Origin: Candidatus Kryptoniota bacterium
GTDB lineage: Bacteria; Bacteroidota; Ignavibacteria; Kryptoniales; JAKASW01
Length of the DNA stretch: 64,000 nucleotides
Assembly (NCBI GenBank): GCA_024641705.1
Contig: JAHECO010000002.1
Coordinates: 8,282-72,281, forward strand
Reading direction: 5' to 3'
In this document: positions 1 through 8,495 of the stretch, one piece after another
Numbering within the stretch: position 1 is the first letter of the stretch
How the letters are laid out: each line of letters starts with the position of its first letter
The notes under the pieces: model-generated
What the model was told of the DNA's origin: nothing
Databases searched by the model: none
What the model saw: only the letters and a program-made list of their open reading frames with translations
Position numbers and translations under genes: made by a program

Positions 1-1
1 G

Positions 2-61
2 AAGGTCTATAGAATAAAAGACACGACCGAAGAAGCCCAGGGAGGCGGAGAGACCAAATGA
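2..61 (+). CDS. 3' end (19 codons) of a gene truncated by the window edge; product not identifiable (by position possibly the SpmA-like partner of the next gene)
   Basis: Frame 2 is open from the window edge (KVYRIKDTTEEAQGGGETK). Its TGA at 59-61 overlaps the ATG at 58 as ATGA. The SpmA idea rests on synteny only. Confidence 0.3.
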   Translation, partial: KVYRIKDTTEEAQGGGETK

Positions 62-594
62 TCAGGCAGATACTGGAAGCTCTCTCCATCATAGCCATCC
101 CGCTCATTGTTGCCGGGTTCGTCGCATACGCCGCGAAGAAGAAGGTGCCGGTGTACGAATCGTTCGTGGCCGGAGCGAAGGGAGGCTTCGAGATCGCGAT
201 TAAGATCATTCCGTACCTCGTAGCAATGCTCGTCGCGATAGGAATTTTCAGGGCAAGCGGCGCAATGGAGCTGCTGGTCAACGCGCTGTCGCCGGTCGCG
301 CGACTGATCGGGATGCCCCCTGAAGCTCTTCCGATGGCGCTCCTGCGGCCGCTCAGTGGAAGCGGTTCGCTCGGCTTGATGGCCGACATAATGAAAAAAT
401 ATGGCCCGGATTCCTTCATCGGGATACTCGTATCGACAATGTACGGCAGCAGTGAAACGACTTTCTATGTCCTGGCCGTCTACTTCGGCGCGGTCAACGT
501 GTACCGCACCCGCCACGCTGTAGCGGCAGGTTTGATAGCGGACTTCGTAGGAATGCTCGGAGCCCTGCTCATATGCAAAATACTTTTCGGATAA
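58..594 (+). CDS. Nucleoside-recognition-domain membrane protein, SpmB-like (spore maturation protein B family)
   Basis: 178-aa polytopic membrane protein. Stretches such as RPLSGSGSLGLMADIMKKYGPDSFIG and TFYVLAVYFGAVNV resemble the SpmB/Gate-domain family as I remember it. Confidence 0.7.
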   Translation: MIRQILEALSIIAIPLIVAGFVAYAAKKKVPVYESFVAGAKGGFEIAIKIIPYLVAMLVAIGIFRASGAMELLVNALSPVARLIGMPPEALPMALLRPLSGSGSLGLMADIMKKYGPDSFIGILVSTMYGSSETTFYVLAVYFGAVNVYRTRHAVAAGLIADFVGMLGALLICKILFG

Positions 595-609
595 TCAATG
601 AGGATAAAC

Positions 610-1953
610 ATGAAGACACTAATCGTGCTTTTGACTTCAACTCTCATCCTGAGCGCTTCGGCGTTTGCTCAGAACTATCCCAAACCGATGCTGGCGCCGG
701 GTGAGAGCCAGATCGCGGGGGGGCTCGGGATCTCATGGATAAACGAGAATGGCACTACCACGCCATATTACATGGTCGGCATAATGCCCGACCTCCAGTT
801 CGGAAAGATCGGCGTGGGGCTCGACCTCACCCTCCGTATTTCGACCAACAGCGGCAAGATCCGCAAAGCCGACTGGTCGGACGGCGCCTACCGCAAGGTG
901 ATCAGGTACATCAGCTGGGGGCAGAAGCATGACCCAGTGTATGCGAAGATAGGACAGCTCGACATGGCGACTATCGGACACGGTTTCATCGTATACAATT
1001 ACAGTAATAGCCCGAGCTACGACGATCGGAGGATCGGAGCGGAACTCGACCTCGATTTCACGAAGTTCGGATTCGAAACGATGTACGGCGACTTCAAGCA
1101 GGCTGGCGTGATCGGCGGAAGGGGCTATGTCAGGCCATTGAAGTTCACCACGCTGGCCGGCATCCCCGTCATCGGCGGGTTCGAGCTCGGAGCGACTTAC
1201 GTTACCGACCAGAACGACAACTCCGGCATGGTTTTGAGATCGATCTTCCCCGTTCCCGCGCCAAGTTCGGGACCGCCCTATTTCACCCAGGACAGGGGCA
1301 AGATCGCTGAATACGGCTTCGACGCGGGGTTACCGGTTCTCCGGATACCCTTCATGGACGCCGACCTCTACTACGACTATGCGCAAATACATAACTTCGG
1401 TCACGGCTCCGCCGTCGGCGTACTCCTCAACTTCAACGGCCTCGGGGTCGCAAAGGCATCTGTAAAACTGGAGCACCAGTGGGTCGGTGAACAGTTCATT
1501 CCCGAATATTTCGATCAGTTCTATGAGCTTAACCGATATGTCCCGGGTGACTCCGGCTACTTCAGCAAAGCAACTCAGCTTGCGAACGCGCCGAAGGGAC
1601 AGGGCTGGTACGGCCAGCTGACGATTGCAGTCCTGCAGAACTTCCAAATTGTCGGCGGCTACCGCGGCATAGACCACGATCCGAACGGCGGCCTGCTCCA
1701 CCTCGAGACGCGCTTCCCGAATGTCATCCCGATGATCGCTTTCAGCGCCGGCTACGACAGGTGGGGGATACAGGGCTTCAAGGACGCATTCCAGCTCGAC
1801 CAGCGTTCGCTCCTCTACGCGTTCTTCGGATACAAACCGTACCCGTTCATGACTGTCGGCTTCAACTACTACTGGACCTTCATCCCGGTGAACGGCAAAT
1901 ATGAAGTCCAGAAGAGAATCGAGCCGCGCGTAATGTTCAACTTCTCCTTCTGA
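610..1953 (+). CDS. Predicted outer-membrane beta-barrel protein, function unknown
   Basis: Signal peptide MKTLIVLLTSTLILSASAFAQ, alternating-hydrophobic strand-like sequence and a C-terminal NFSF (terminal Phe typical of OMPs). GAGGA lies 5 nt upstream of the ATG at 610; the ORF track start at 598 is the alternative. Confidence 0.6.
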   Translation: MKTLIVLLTSTLILSASAFAQNYPKPMLAPGESQIAGGLGISWINENGTTTPYYMVGIMPDLQFGKIGVGLDLTLRISTNSGKIRKADWSDGAYRKVIRYISWGQKHDPVYAKIGQLDMATIGHGFIVYNYSNSPSYDDRRIGAELDLDFTKFGFETMYGDFKQAGVIGGRGYVRPLKFTTLAGIPVIGGFELGATYVTDQNDNSGMVLRSIFPVPAPSSGPPYFTQDRGKIAEYGFDAGLPVLRIPFMDADLYYDYAQIHNFGHGSAVGVLLNFNGLGVAKASVKLEHQWVGEQFIPEYFDQFYELNRYVPGDSGYFSKATQLANAPKGQGWYGQLTIAVLQNFQIVGGYRGIDHDPNGGLLHLETRFPNVIPMIAFSAGYDRWGIQGFKDAFQLDQRSLLYAFFGYKPYPFMTVGFNYYWTFIPVNGKYEVQKRIEPRVMFNFSF

Positions 1954-2006
1954 CGGAGGAACCTTTACCGTTATCCATCCTGTTAATGATTTAAAATGGA
2001 GATGGA

Positions 2007-2414
2007 ATGGTGAAAAAAGGTTGGTTGGTCTTCCCCGTCCTTGTCGCCATGGGACTCGGTGGCCTGTCGATACACGATAAAGTATACGCGAAGCAGGAAG
2101 AGAAGCCGAAGTTCGGCAAGAACCTTCAGGTACTGACTTTCGTGAAGTCGAAGGAGGAGCTGAAGGGGTGGATGAGGATGATCAAGACGAGCCTCGGTGT
2201 GGACTGCGATTACTGCCACAACACGGACAATTTTGCCAGCGATGCGAAGCCTCCCAAGCGAGTCGCGCGCGTCATGATCAAGATGCTCCTGACAATACGG
2301 CAGGACTACTTCTCTTTTCCGAACGCCCCGCAGCCGACCTGCTATACCTGTCACCAGGGACATAAGAAGCCGATCAACGAGCCGTCTGGAGGATTTCCGA
2401 AAGGCGACGATTGA
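2007..2414 (+). CDS. Small secreted c-type cytochrome (resembles the photosynthetic-reaction-centre cytochrome c subunit family, PF02276-like)
   Basis: Signal peptide plus two CxxCH motifs (CDYCH and CYTCH). The context LGVDCDYCHN...KRVARVMIKM and TCYTCHQGHKKP matches my memory of that family. Confidence 0.8.
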   Translation: MVKKGWLVFPVLVAMGLGGLSIHDKVYAKQEEKPKFGKNLQVLTFVKSKEELKGWMRMIKTSLGVDCDYCHNTDNFASDAKPPKRVARVMIKMLLTIRQDYFSFPNAPQPTCYTCHQGHKKPINEPSGGFPKGDD

Positions 2415-2445
2415 TCCCGTCAGATTCGATGCGATAAGATGTCAG

Positions 2446-2473
2446 AAAGCCGGGCAAGAGCCCCGGCTTTTTT
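2446..2473 (+). terminator. Rho-independent terminator after the cytochrome gene
   Basis: Stem AGCCGGG / CCCGGCT with a 7-nt loop, followed by TTTTT and flanked by AAA. Confidence 0.6.
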
Positions 2474-2498
2474 GATCTTTGGGAGAGGAGAGGTGACT

Positions 2499-3587
2499 AT
2501 GCGAATAATATTCCTGATTCTCATGATCGCGGCAAACGCGGCATACGCCCTGCCGAGGTTCGCGATAACGACGGGGATGCAGTGCATCAACTGCCACATC
2601 AATCCGACGGGCGGCGAGCTGCAGAACAGCTACGGCAGCTCGGACTTCGTCGACGACCACCTCAGACTGGTCCCCGCACACGCCGGCGATTTCAATTTTA
2701 ATCCACAGCTCGGCGAAGATATCCTTGTCGGCGGGGATGTCAGATTTCAGTACCTCTACGACGGCAGCACAAAGAACACCACATTCCAATCGATGGAAGG
2801 CTCGGTCTACTCCTCCCTCCATCTTTACACCTCAACCAGGCTCTTCGTGAAATACGACTTCGCGAACACGGCATACGAAGCATACGGGATGTACAATTTC
2901 GGTTCAGGGGACACCCACTTAAAAGTGGGTGCTTTCTCCCCGGCGTACGGGATCAGGCTGGATGATCACACGGCGTACACACGGAGAGGCAATTTCGGAT
3001 ACCTGCAGGGGATTCCGCAGGTCGGCTTGATATTCGGCCCGGATTACAGGGGTCTCGGCGTCGAGCTCGGGTCCAAGTTCGGGGATTTCTTCGTAACCGT
3101 GGATGCGACGAACGGCGACGGGTTCTCAAACATCAATTTCAATTCGAAGAAGGCTTTCATAGGAAGAGCCGAGTATCTCACCAGGGGCGTCGTCAATTTC
3201 ATGCTCGGCGGATCGGCCTACCTTTCAGGCGGAACAAAGATGTACGGCATTCACGGTGGTGCCGGAATCGGCAAACGGCTTTCGATTCTCGCGGAGTACG
3301 ATTGGGCGAAGTCTCTCCCGAGCGCGTCCCTCCCGAGCGACGCAACTTCGAATGCGGCATTGGTCGAGGCGACGTACTATCTATCAAACGGGCTCTACGC
3401 AATGGGTCGCTTCGACTATTTCAAGACTTACGCCGACGGCCCGTACTATTCACGATACGTTCTCGGCGTAAATATTTATCCGTTTCCGCATCTCGACTTC
3501 ATGCCGCAAGTACGCTTCAATACGACAAACGCGGCGGGCGCGTCGCAGCCGTTCGAGGCGCTTGTTCAGTCGCACGTTTACTTCTGA
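2499..3587 (+). CDS. Predicted OM beta-barrel protein with an N-terminal CxxCH haem-attachment motif
   Basis: The ATG at 2499 is preceded by GGAGAGGAGAGG. Signal peptide MRIIFLILMIAANAAYA, with CINCH about a dozen residues after the predicted cleavage site. The rest is barrel-like and ends HVYF. The track start at 2439 would run through the upstream terminator. Confidence 0.6.
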   Translation: MRIIFLILMIAANAAYALPRFAITTGMQCINCHINPTGGELQNSYGSSDFVDDHLRLVPAHAGDFNFNPQLGEDILVGGDVRFQYLYDGSTKNTTFQSMEGSVYSSLHLYTSTRLFVKYDFANTAYEAYGMYNFGSGDTHLKVGAFSPAYGIRLDDHTAYTRRGNFGYLQGIPQVGLIFGPDYRGLGVELGSKFGDFFVTVDATNGDGFSNINFNSKKAFIGRAEYLTRGVVNFMLGGSAYLSGGTKMYGIHGGAGIGKRLSILAEYDWAKSLPSASLPSDATSNAALVEATYYLSNGLYAMGRFDYFKTYADGPYYSRYVLGVNIYPFPHLDFMPQVRFNTTNAAGASQPFEALVQSHVYF

Positions 3588-3609
3588 CCGGGAAGAATCG
3601 ATGTTGCAA

Positions 3610-3646
3610 CCGGAAGGTCGGAACGGCTCTTACCTCCGACCTCCGG
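3610..3646. terminator. Hairpin between convergent genes (possible bidirectional terminator)
   Basis: CCGGAAGGTCGGA ... TCCGACCTCCGG (12 bp with one bulge). It lies between the stop at 3587 (+) and the stop at 3666 (-). The U-tracts are weak. Confidence 0.4.
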
Positions 3647-3665
3647 CTCTTTACTTATCACCCAT

Positions 3666-4553
3666 TTACTGGCCGCCGCCCTTTTTCACGGGAACGATGC
3701 CTGCCATATCACCGATTACGTTGACCAATTCCTGATCCGCCGGTACGACTATTTTTGTGTTTTGTTCGAGGGATGCCTGAACCGTCTCCAGCCGTTTAAG
3801 GATCTGCGCATTGCCGACGAAATATTTGTTTGCGGCTTCATTCACGAGCCTGATGGCTTCCGCCTCACCTTCGGCCTGGAGGATCTGGGATTGCTTGATT
3901 CCCTCCGCTTTCTTAATCGCAGCGCGTTTCTCTCCATCTGCTGTCGTTTCCGCGGCGGTCGCGTAATCGACGGCAGCGATCTTCTCATTCTCGGCCTTCA
4001 CGATTTTGTTCATCGTCTCCTGGACGTCCTTCGGCGGGTCGATTTCCTTCAACTCGGCCCTTACAATCTCGATCCCCCAGCTTCCCGTCTCCCTGACAAG
4101 AATATCGATGAGGTCTTTGTTGATCCTGCCGCGCTCGCTGTTGGCCGACTTCAACGTCATCGTTCCGAGTATGTTTCTCAACGTCGTCCTCGTCAGGTTG
4201 ACGATCTGGTATTCGATGCTGTTGACGTTGTACTGGCTCTTCTTGACGCTCTCCTCGTCCTGTTTGATCTTATAATAGATTTGCGCGTCCACGGTCGCGT
4301 TAAGATTGTCGTTCGTGATGATCTCCTGCGGCTCCGCTCCGACCATAGTCTCGGTTATGTTGATGCTTACCATCCTGTCTATGATAGGAATGATCCAATG
4401 AAAACCTGGCATGGCAAATTTCTTGTACTTCCCGAGGCGCTCGACGAGTGCGCGGTGAGTCGGGCGAATGATGCGTATCCCCCACAAGAAAATTAGAAAT
4501 ACGACAATCGCTCCGATGATCCAGATTGCCGATAGTCCGCTTTGAGTGTCCAT
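3666..4553 (-). CDS. SPFH/band-7 (stomatin/prohibitin-like) membrane protein
   Basis: N-terminal TM helix, then a typical SPFH core (RALVERLGKY...PGFHWIIPIIDR...TNDNLNATVDAQIYYKI) and an Ala/Glu-rich coiled-coil tail. Confidence 0.9.
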   Translation of the reverse strand: MDTQSGLSAIWIIGAIVVFLIFLWGIRIIRPTHRALVERLGKYKKFAMPGFHWIIPIIDRMVSINITETMVGAEPQEIITNDNLNATVDAQIYYKIKQDEESVKKSQYNVNSIEYQIVNLTRTTLRNILGTMTLKSANSERGRINKDLIDILVRETGSWGIEIVRAELKEIDPPKDVQETMNKIVKAENEKIAAVDYATAAETTADGEKRAAIKKAEGIKQSQILQAEGEAEAIRLVNEAANKYFVGNAQILKRLETVQASLEQNTKIVVPADQELVNVIGDMAGIVPVKKGGGQ

Positions 4554-4675
4554 GATGAAGTGTCCCTTTGTTTGTTTTCATGCTTAGTAGAATAGTCAAT
4601 ATTGTGCAGGGGGTTCCTGCAAGACTCTAATTTCACGGAATTTGTGAGTGAGCGTTAACTGCGAAGCTTTCCACA

Positions 4676-6139
4676 TCAGTATGTTGCCTGGTACACCGAG
4701 CGCCGCTGCCACTTCAGGTATCCTTCCGCGTTTGGGAAGTCAACCCCCGTGTGCTCAACGAGCCACTCGTGGGCCTCCCGCTGCTCATCAGGGTAACCGA
4801 GCCAGTAAATCCCGATTGCATTCGATAATTCGATTCGCCTTTGAACCGCGGGCCATTCCTTCAACCAGTCCTCCTTGCTCCCCGGTTCCCGCAGGTATAA
4901 AACCCCGCGACCGAAACCGAGATTATACAGCTCAGTCCTAAAGTCCATGTCCGAAAACTTCTGATAAAAGTCATTCAGCAATTGCTCTTCGAGTGCCTTT
5001 GATTCGAGTCTTGATAGTCCGTCGAATTCTTGAGCCTTGTACCACGCTGTCCATTCTTGTGCAGTCGAAAACGATTCGCCTGTTATCAAACGCAACGCAT
5101 TCAGTGCTTGGTCCATATAGCTGCGGGCAAAATATCCGGGCAGATACTCTTGAAGCGTATCTACGTCTTCAATACACTTTTCGATAACTCTTCTGCTAAA
5201 GACTAAGTTACAAGTGTGATTTGGGATTGGAGGGGACTCATAGCGCAGGATGACGCCGTCATATTGGGCGAAGAACGACTCTGGCACGGGCATTTCGCTT
5301 CTGTATTTGAAAAAGATGGTGTCACTGGCGACACGGTAAGGGATGCCGTTCCAGTACATCGGCGCACCTGCCTGGTCAATACTGAGGACACTATCTTCGC
5401 CATAGTATCCTTTCAAATAGTGAACCAGGTAATAACCTTTTGAATCGAGCGTATCGGGACCGACGACACTAGGTGCTTTCGGAACGTATCCTTCGATTAA
5501 GTGCGCATTTCCGCAAAAAATCAGCAGTTTCTGAAGTGGATGCCGCTCCAGGTACCTCTCCAACTTCAAAGCATTCACACTATCTCTTGTTGACACGAAA
5601 TAGTGATAGGTGTCTTTAACAGATGCTTTGAAGAGAGACCTTCCGGCATTCGACTTCAGGCCCATGACCTCCTCACCGTAAATATCAAACATGATTCTTT
5701 CCGTGTTTGGTAGGAATTGATTGATGCTGTCCACCCTCTCGCAAAAGTGCCTCAGATTTACTGCGAACTCAAAAAAGTCGAGAGTCATTGTCGGTAAGTA
5801 GAACCCGATCAAAGGCTGCATATTTCCGGTCGAGATGTAATCATTCAAAACATGGATCATCGTGTCGTCTTCCTCAAGAACCAGCGTCAAATGATGGACA
5901 ACTTTCTCACCGGATGAAACCATGTCCAGCCAATCATTGAGCGTTGTTGTCACGGTGAAGAAGGGTAGAACATTCTCGTGCTGAAAATCCCCGAGCATCA
6001 CTATCCTCTTGGAATTCAATTCCTGGATTAGATAGCGTCCGGGTTGTGGAAATTGGACCCTCTCCTGTGCGCGCGAACTAACCTCCGGCAATAATAGGAG
6101 TGTGAGGGCAGTGACCAGGATCTTCCCAAGATACTGCAT
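4676..6139 (-). CDS. Secreted hypothetical protein; the N-terminal half weakly recalls ChaN/Tiki/erythromycin-esterase-type folds
   Basis: Long ORF. From Met16 (ATG at 6139) there is a signal peptide MQYLGKILVTALTLLLLPEVSSRAQ. The motifs IVMLGDFQHEN and LLIFCGNAHL recall ChaN/Tiki-superfamily signatures (weak, from memory). The track start at 6184 is TTG. Confidence 0.55.
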   Translation of the reverse strand: MQYLGKILVTALTLLLLPEVSSRAQERVQFPQPGRYLIQELNSKRIVMLGDFQHENVLPFFTVTTTLNDWLDMVSSGEKVVHHLTLVLEEDDTMIHVLNDYISTGNMQPLIGFYLPTMTLDFFEFAVNLRHFCERVDSINQFLPNTERIMFDIYGEEVMGLKSNAGRSLFKASVKDTYHYFVSTRDSVNALKLERYLERHPLQKLLIFCGNAHLIEGYVPKAPSVVGPDTLDSKGYYLVHYLKGYYGEDSVLSIDQAGAPMYWNGIPYRVASDTIFFKYRSEMPVPESFFAQYDGVILRYESPPIPNHTCNLVFSRRVIEKCIEDVDTLQEYLPGYFARSYMDQALNALRLITGESFSTAQEWTAWYKAQEFDGLSRLESKALEEQLLNDFYQKFSDMDFRTELYNLGFGRGVLYLREPGSKEDWLKEWPAVQRRIELSNAIGIYWLGYPDEQREAHEWLVEHTGVDFPNAEGYLKWQRRSVYQATY

Positions 6140-6331
6140 CTTTGATAGAATAACTCTTTGGTCCATCATATTCGCATCTCCCAATCCGATTTAATCTTGA
6201 AGACCGAAAATGAAAAATGTTGAAGTTCTCTATCTGAAATAGGCCAGCCGGGGACCCTATCTACCTTTATTCTTACAACTTAGCATTTATTTAACACGCC
6301 ACGCTGGACTTTTCAAGCGCATTGCCGCGCT

Positions 6332-7756
6332 TCAGACTATCCTCTCAATCCTTAGAGTGTTCGTCGTCCCTCTCGCGAGCAGCGGCGTGCCGGCGGTAAG
6401 GACATAAGTATCGCCTGGAGAAGCGAGCCCCGACGACTTCAGTATGGAACTTACCTGCGTCAGCATGGCGTCCGTGTCCGAGAGCGATTCCACTTCCACC
6501 GGCACCACCCCCCAAATGAGGAGGAGTTTTCGCACAACGTCTACGCTTTCCGTGATGGCGAAAACAGGGACTTGCGGCCTGTACTTGGAAAGCGCCCTCG
6601 CGGTTGTGCCGGTATTCGTTATAGGGATGATGAAAGATGCGTCGACGAACTTCGCCAGCGAACAGGCCGCCTCGGCGATCGCGTCGGTGAAATCGTCGCG
6701 GACCGTCTTGTAGCTAAGCTTCCTTTCTACAAGCCCGAGATGAGATTCGGCCATCTTGACTATGGAGACCATTGTCTTTACGGCTTCGACGGGGAAATTT
6801 CCTGTCGACGTCTCACCACTCAGCATGACGGCATCGGTCCCGTCGAATACCGCGTTAGCGACATCGGTAGCCTCCGCCCTGGTCGGGCGCGGCTCCCTTA
6901 TCATCGAATCGAGCATCTGCGTCGCAGTGATAACCGGCTTTCCGTATTCGTTGCACTTATGAATAATTGACTTCTGAAGAATAGGGACTTCCTCGATCGG
7001 CACCTCGACACCCAGGTCGCCCCGCGCCACCATTATCGCGTCACTGGCTTCGATGATCGGCTCTATCTCGTCGACGGCTTCGGGCTTTTCTATCTTTGCA
7101 ATTATTCCCTGTTCCCCCTTCAGGCTCGTGAGCAGATCCCGCAGCTCAAGTACATCTGTCACCTGCCGAACAAAGGACAGCGCGATGAAATCGACACCGC
7201 TCTTGACGCCGAAGCGGAGATCGTCCTTGTCTTTCTCAGTAAGCGAAGGTATGCTCACGCTCACCCCGGGAAGGTTGATTCCCTTGTGGGACGTCAGAGG
7301 GCCTCCGTTAACAACCTCGCATTCGATGCGCTTGCCCGACAGAGATCCCGCCTTGATCTCGAGCAGCCCGTCGTCCATCAGGATCCTGTCGCCCGCCTTC
7401 ACATCGTTCGTGATTCCCTCGTAAGTCACCGGGATCGTTCCGTCTCTCCCCTTTACGCTCTCGGTCGTCAGGATCACTTTCTCGCCGTTTTTCAAATTCA
7501 TGACGCCGTCGATCTCACCGACCCTTATCTTGGGTCCCTGGAGATCCTGGACGATGGCAAACCTCCTCCCGGTAACCTCTTCCAGATGGCGGATTATTTC
7601 TATATGCCTGGCATGTTCTTCACGTGTTCCGTGAGAAAAATTCAGCCTGAACACGTCCGCGCCCGCATCTATGAGGTTCCTGATTTCCTGCTCGCTGTCG
7701 GATGCTGGTCCGAGAGTGCATACTATCTTTGTCTTTCTATTATCCGCCTTTTGCAA
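6332..7756 (-). CDS. pyk: Pyruvate kinase
   Basis: RKTKIVCTLGPAS, FRLNFSHG, MVARGDLGVE and ATQMLDSM are all canonical pyruvate kinase blocks. The start at 7756 is TTG and overlaps the upstream gene's end by 17 nt. Confidence 0.95.
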   Translation of the reverse strand: MQKADNRKTKIVCTLGPASDSEQEIRNLIDAGADVFRLNFSHGTREEHARHIEIIRHLEEVTGRRFAIVQDLQGPKIRVGEIDGVMNLKNGEKVILTTESVKGRDGTIPVTYEGITNDVKAGDRILMDDGLLEIKAGSLSGKRIECEVVNGGPLTSHKGINLPGVSVSIPSLTEKDKDDLRFGVKSGVDFIALSFVRQVTDVLELRDLLTSLKGEQGIIAKIEKPEAVDEIEPIIEASDAIMVARGDLGVEVPIEEVPILQKSIIHKCNEYGKPVITATQMLDSMIREPRPTRAEATDVANAVFDGTDAVMLSGETSTGNFPVEAVKTMVSIVKMAESHLGLVERKLSYKTVRDDFTDAIAEAACSLAKFVDASFIIPITNTGTTARALSKYRPQVPVFAITESVDVVRKLLLIWGVVPVEVESLSDTDAMLTQVSSILKSSGLASPGDTYVLTAGTPLLARGTTNTLRIERIV

Positions 7757-8495
7757 CTTTGCGTGTCTCCTTTATTTGTTCGACTATTTCAACCAGCACT
7801 TTCGATGCGGGCCCCTGGAAGGAGTAATCTGCGTACCGGGAAAGTGGGGTCTCCTCCACGTTCACTTCGACGACCTTGCCGCCGCTTCTTTTTACCGTCA
7901 CCGGGAGTTCCGCCGCCGGATAAACGACAGCGGATGTGCCTATGACGAACATGACATCCGCCGAGGACGCGGCTTCTTCGGCCATATTCCACTGGTCGGC
8001 GGGCAGCATCTCGCCGAACCAGACGATGTCCGGCCTTATCAGGCCGCCGCATTTCTTGCACCTGAATGACTCGTTTCCTTCAAAGTCCTCGCCGTCATAC
8101 CTCATCCCGCAGCCGAGGCAGTAGTTCCGCTCGATGTTCCCGTGAAGCTCGGCGACGTTTCGGGACCCTGCACGCCTGTGAAGGTTGTCGATGTTCTGCG
8201 TGACTACCGTGAAATGCGGGAAGATCTTCTCCATATCGACAAGTGACATATGAGCAGGATTCGGTTTGGACAGCCTGGTTATGTGGCGTCGGTGCTCGTA
8301 CCACTCCGAGACCAGCTGGGGATTTCTCAGGAACGCGTCGAAGCTCGCAAGTTCCTCGGGCTTCAGCTTGCTCCACAAGCCGTCTTCGCCGCGGAATGTA
8401 GGGATCCCGCTCTCCGCGGAAATGCCCGCGCCTGTCAACGCCACGACCTCTTTCGCAGACAAGAGGATCTTCTGGAGCTCATCGGGCAGTTTCAT
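7740..8495 (-). CDS. cobB: NAD-dependent protein deacylase, Sir2 family
   Basis: GAGISAESGIPTFRG, TQNIDNLH and the Zn motif CLGCG...CKKCGG. The ATG at 8495 overlaps the upstream TGA as ATGA. The 43-codon extension in the track lies inside the upstream gene. Confidence 0.9.
   Translation of the reverse strand: MKLPDELQKILLSAKEVVALTGAGISAESGIPTFRGEDGLWSKLKPEELASFDAFLRNPQLVSEWYEHRRHITRLSKPNPAHMSLVDMEKIFPHFTVVTQNIDNLHRRAGSRNVAELHGNIERNYCLGCGMRYDGEDFEGNESFRCKKCGGLIRPDIVWFGEMLPADQWNMAEEAASSADVMFVIGTSAVVYPAAELPVTVKRSGGKVVEVNVEETPLSRYADYSFQGPASKVLVEIVEQIKETRKVAKGG

Noticed and set aside
7-516. 169-aa ORF on the minus strand
   Set aside because: It is entirely antisense to the SpmB-like membrane protein gene and has an Arg/His/Asp-rich junk-like composition. 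It is a shadow ORF of a GC-rich coding region.
2439-2498. 20-codon N-terminal extension of the haem-motif barrel gene given by the ORF track
   Set aside because: The extension runs through the terminator hairpin (2446-2473) of the upstream gene. The internal ATG at 2499 has a strong RBS and yields a proper signal peptide.
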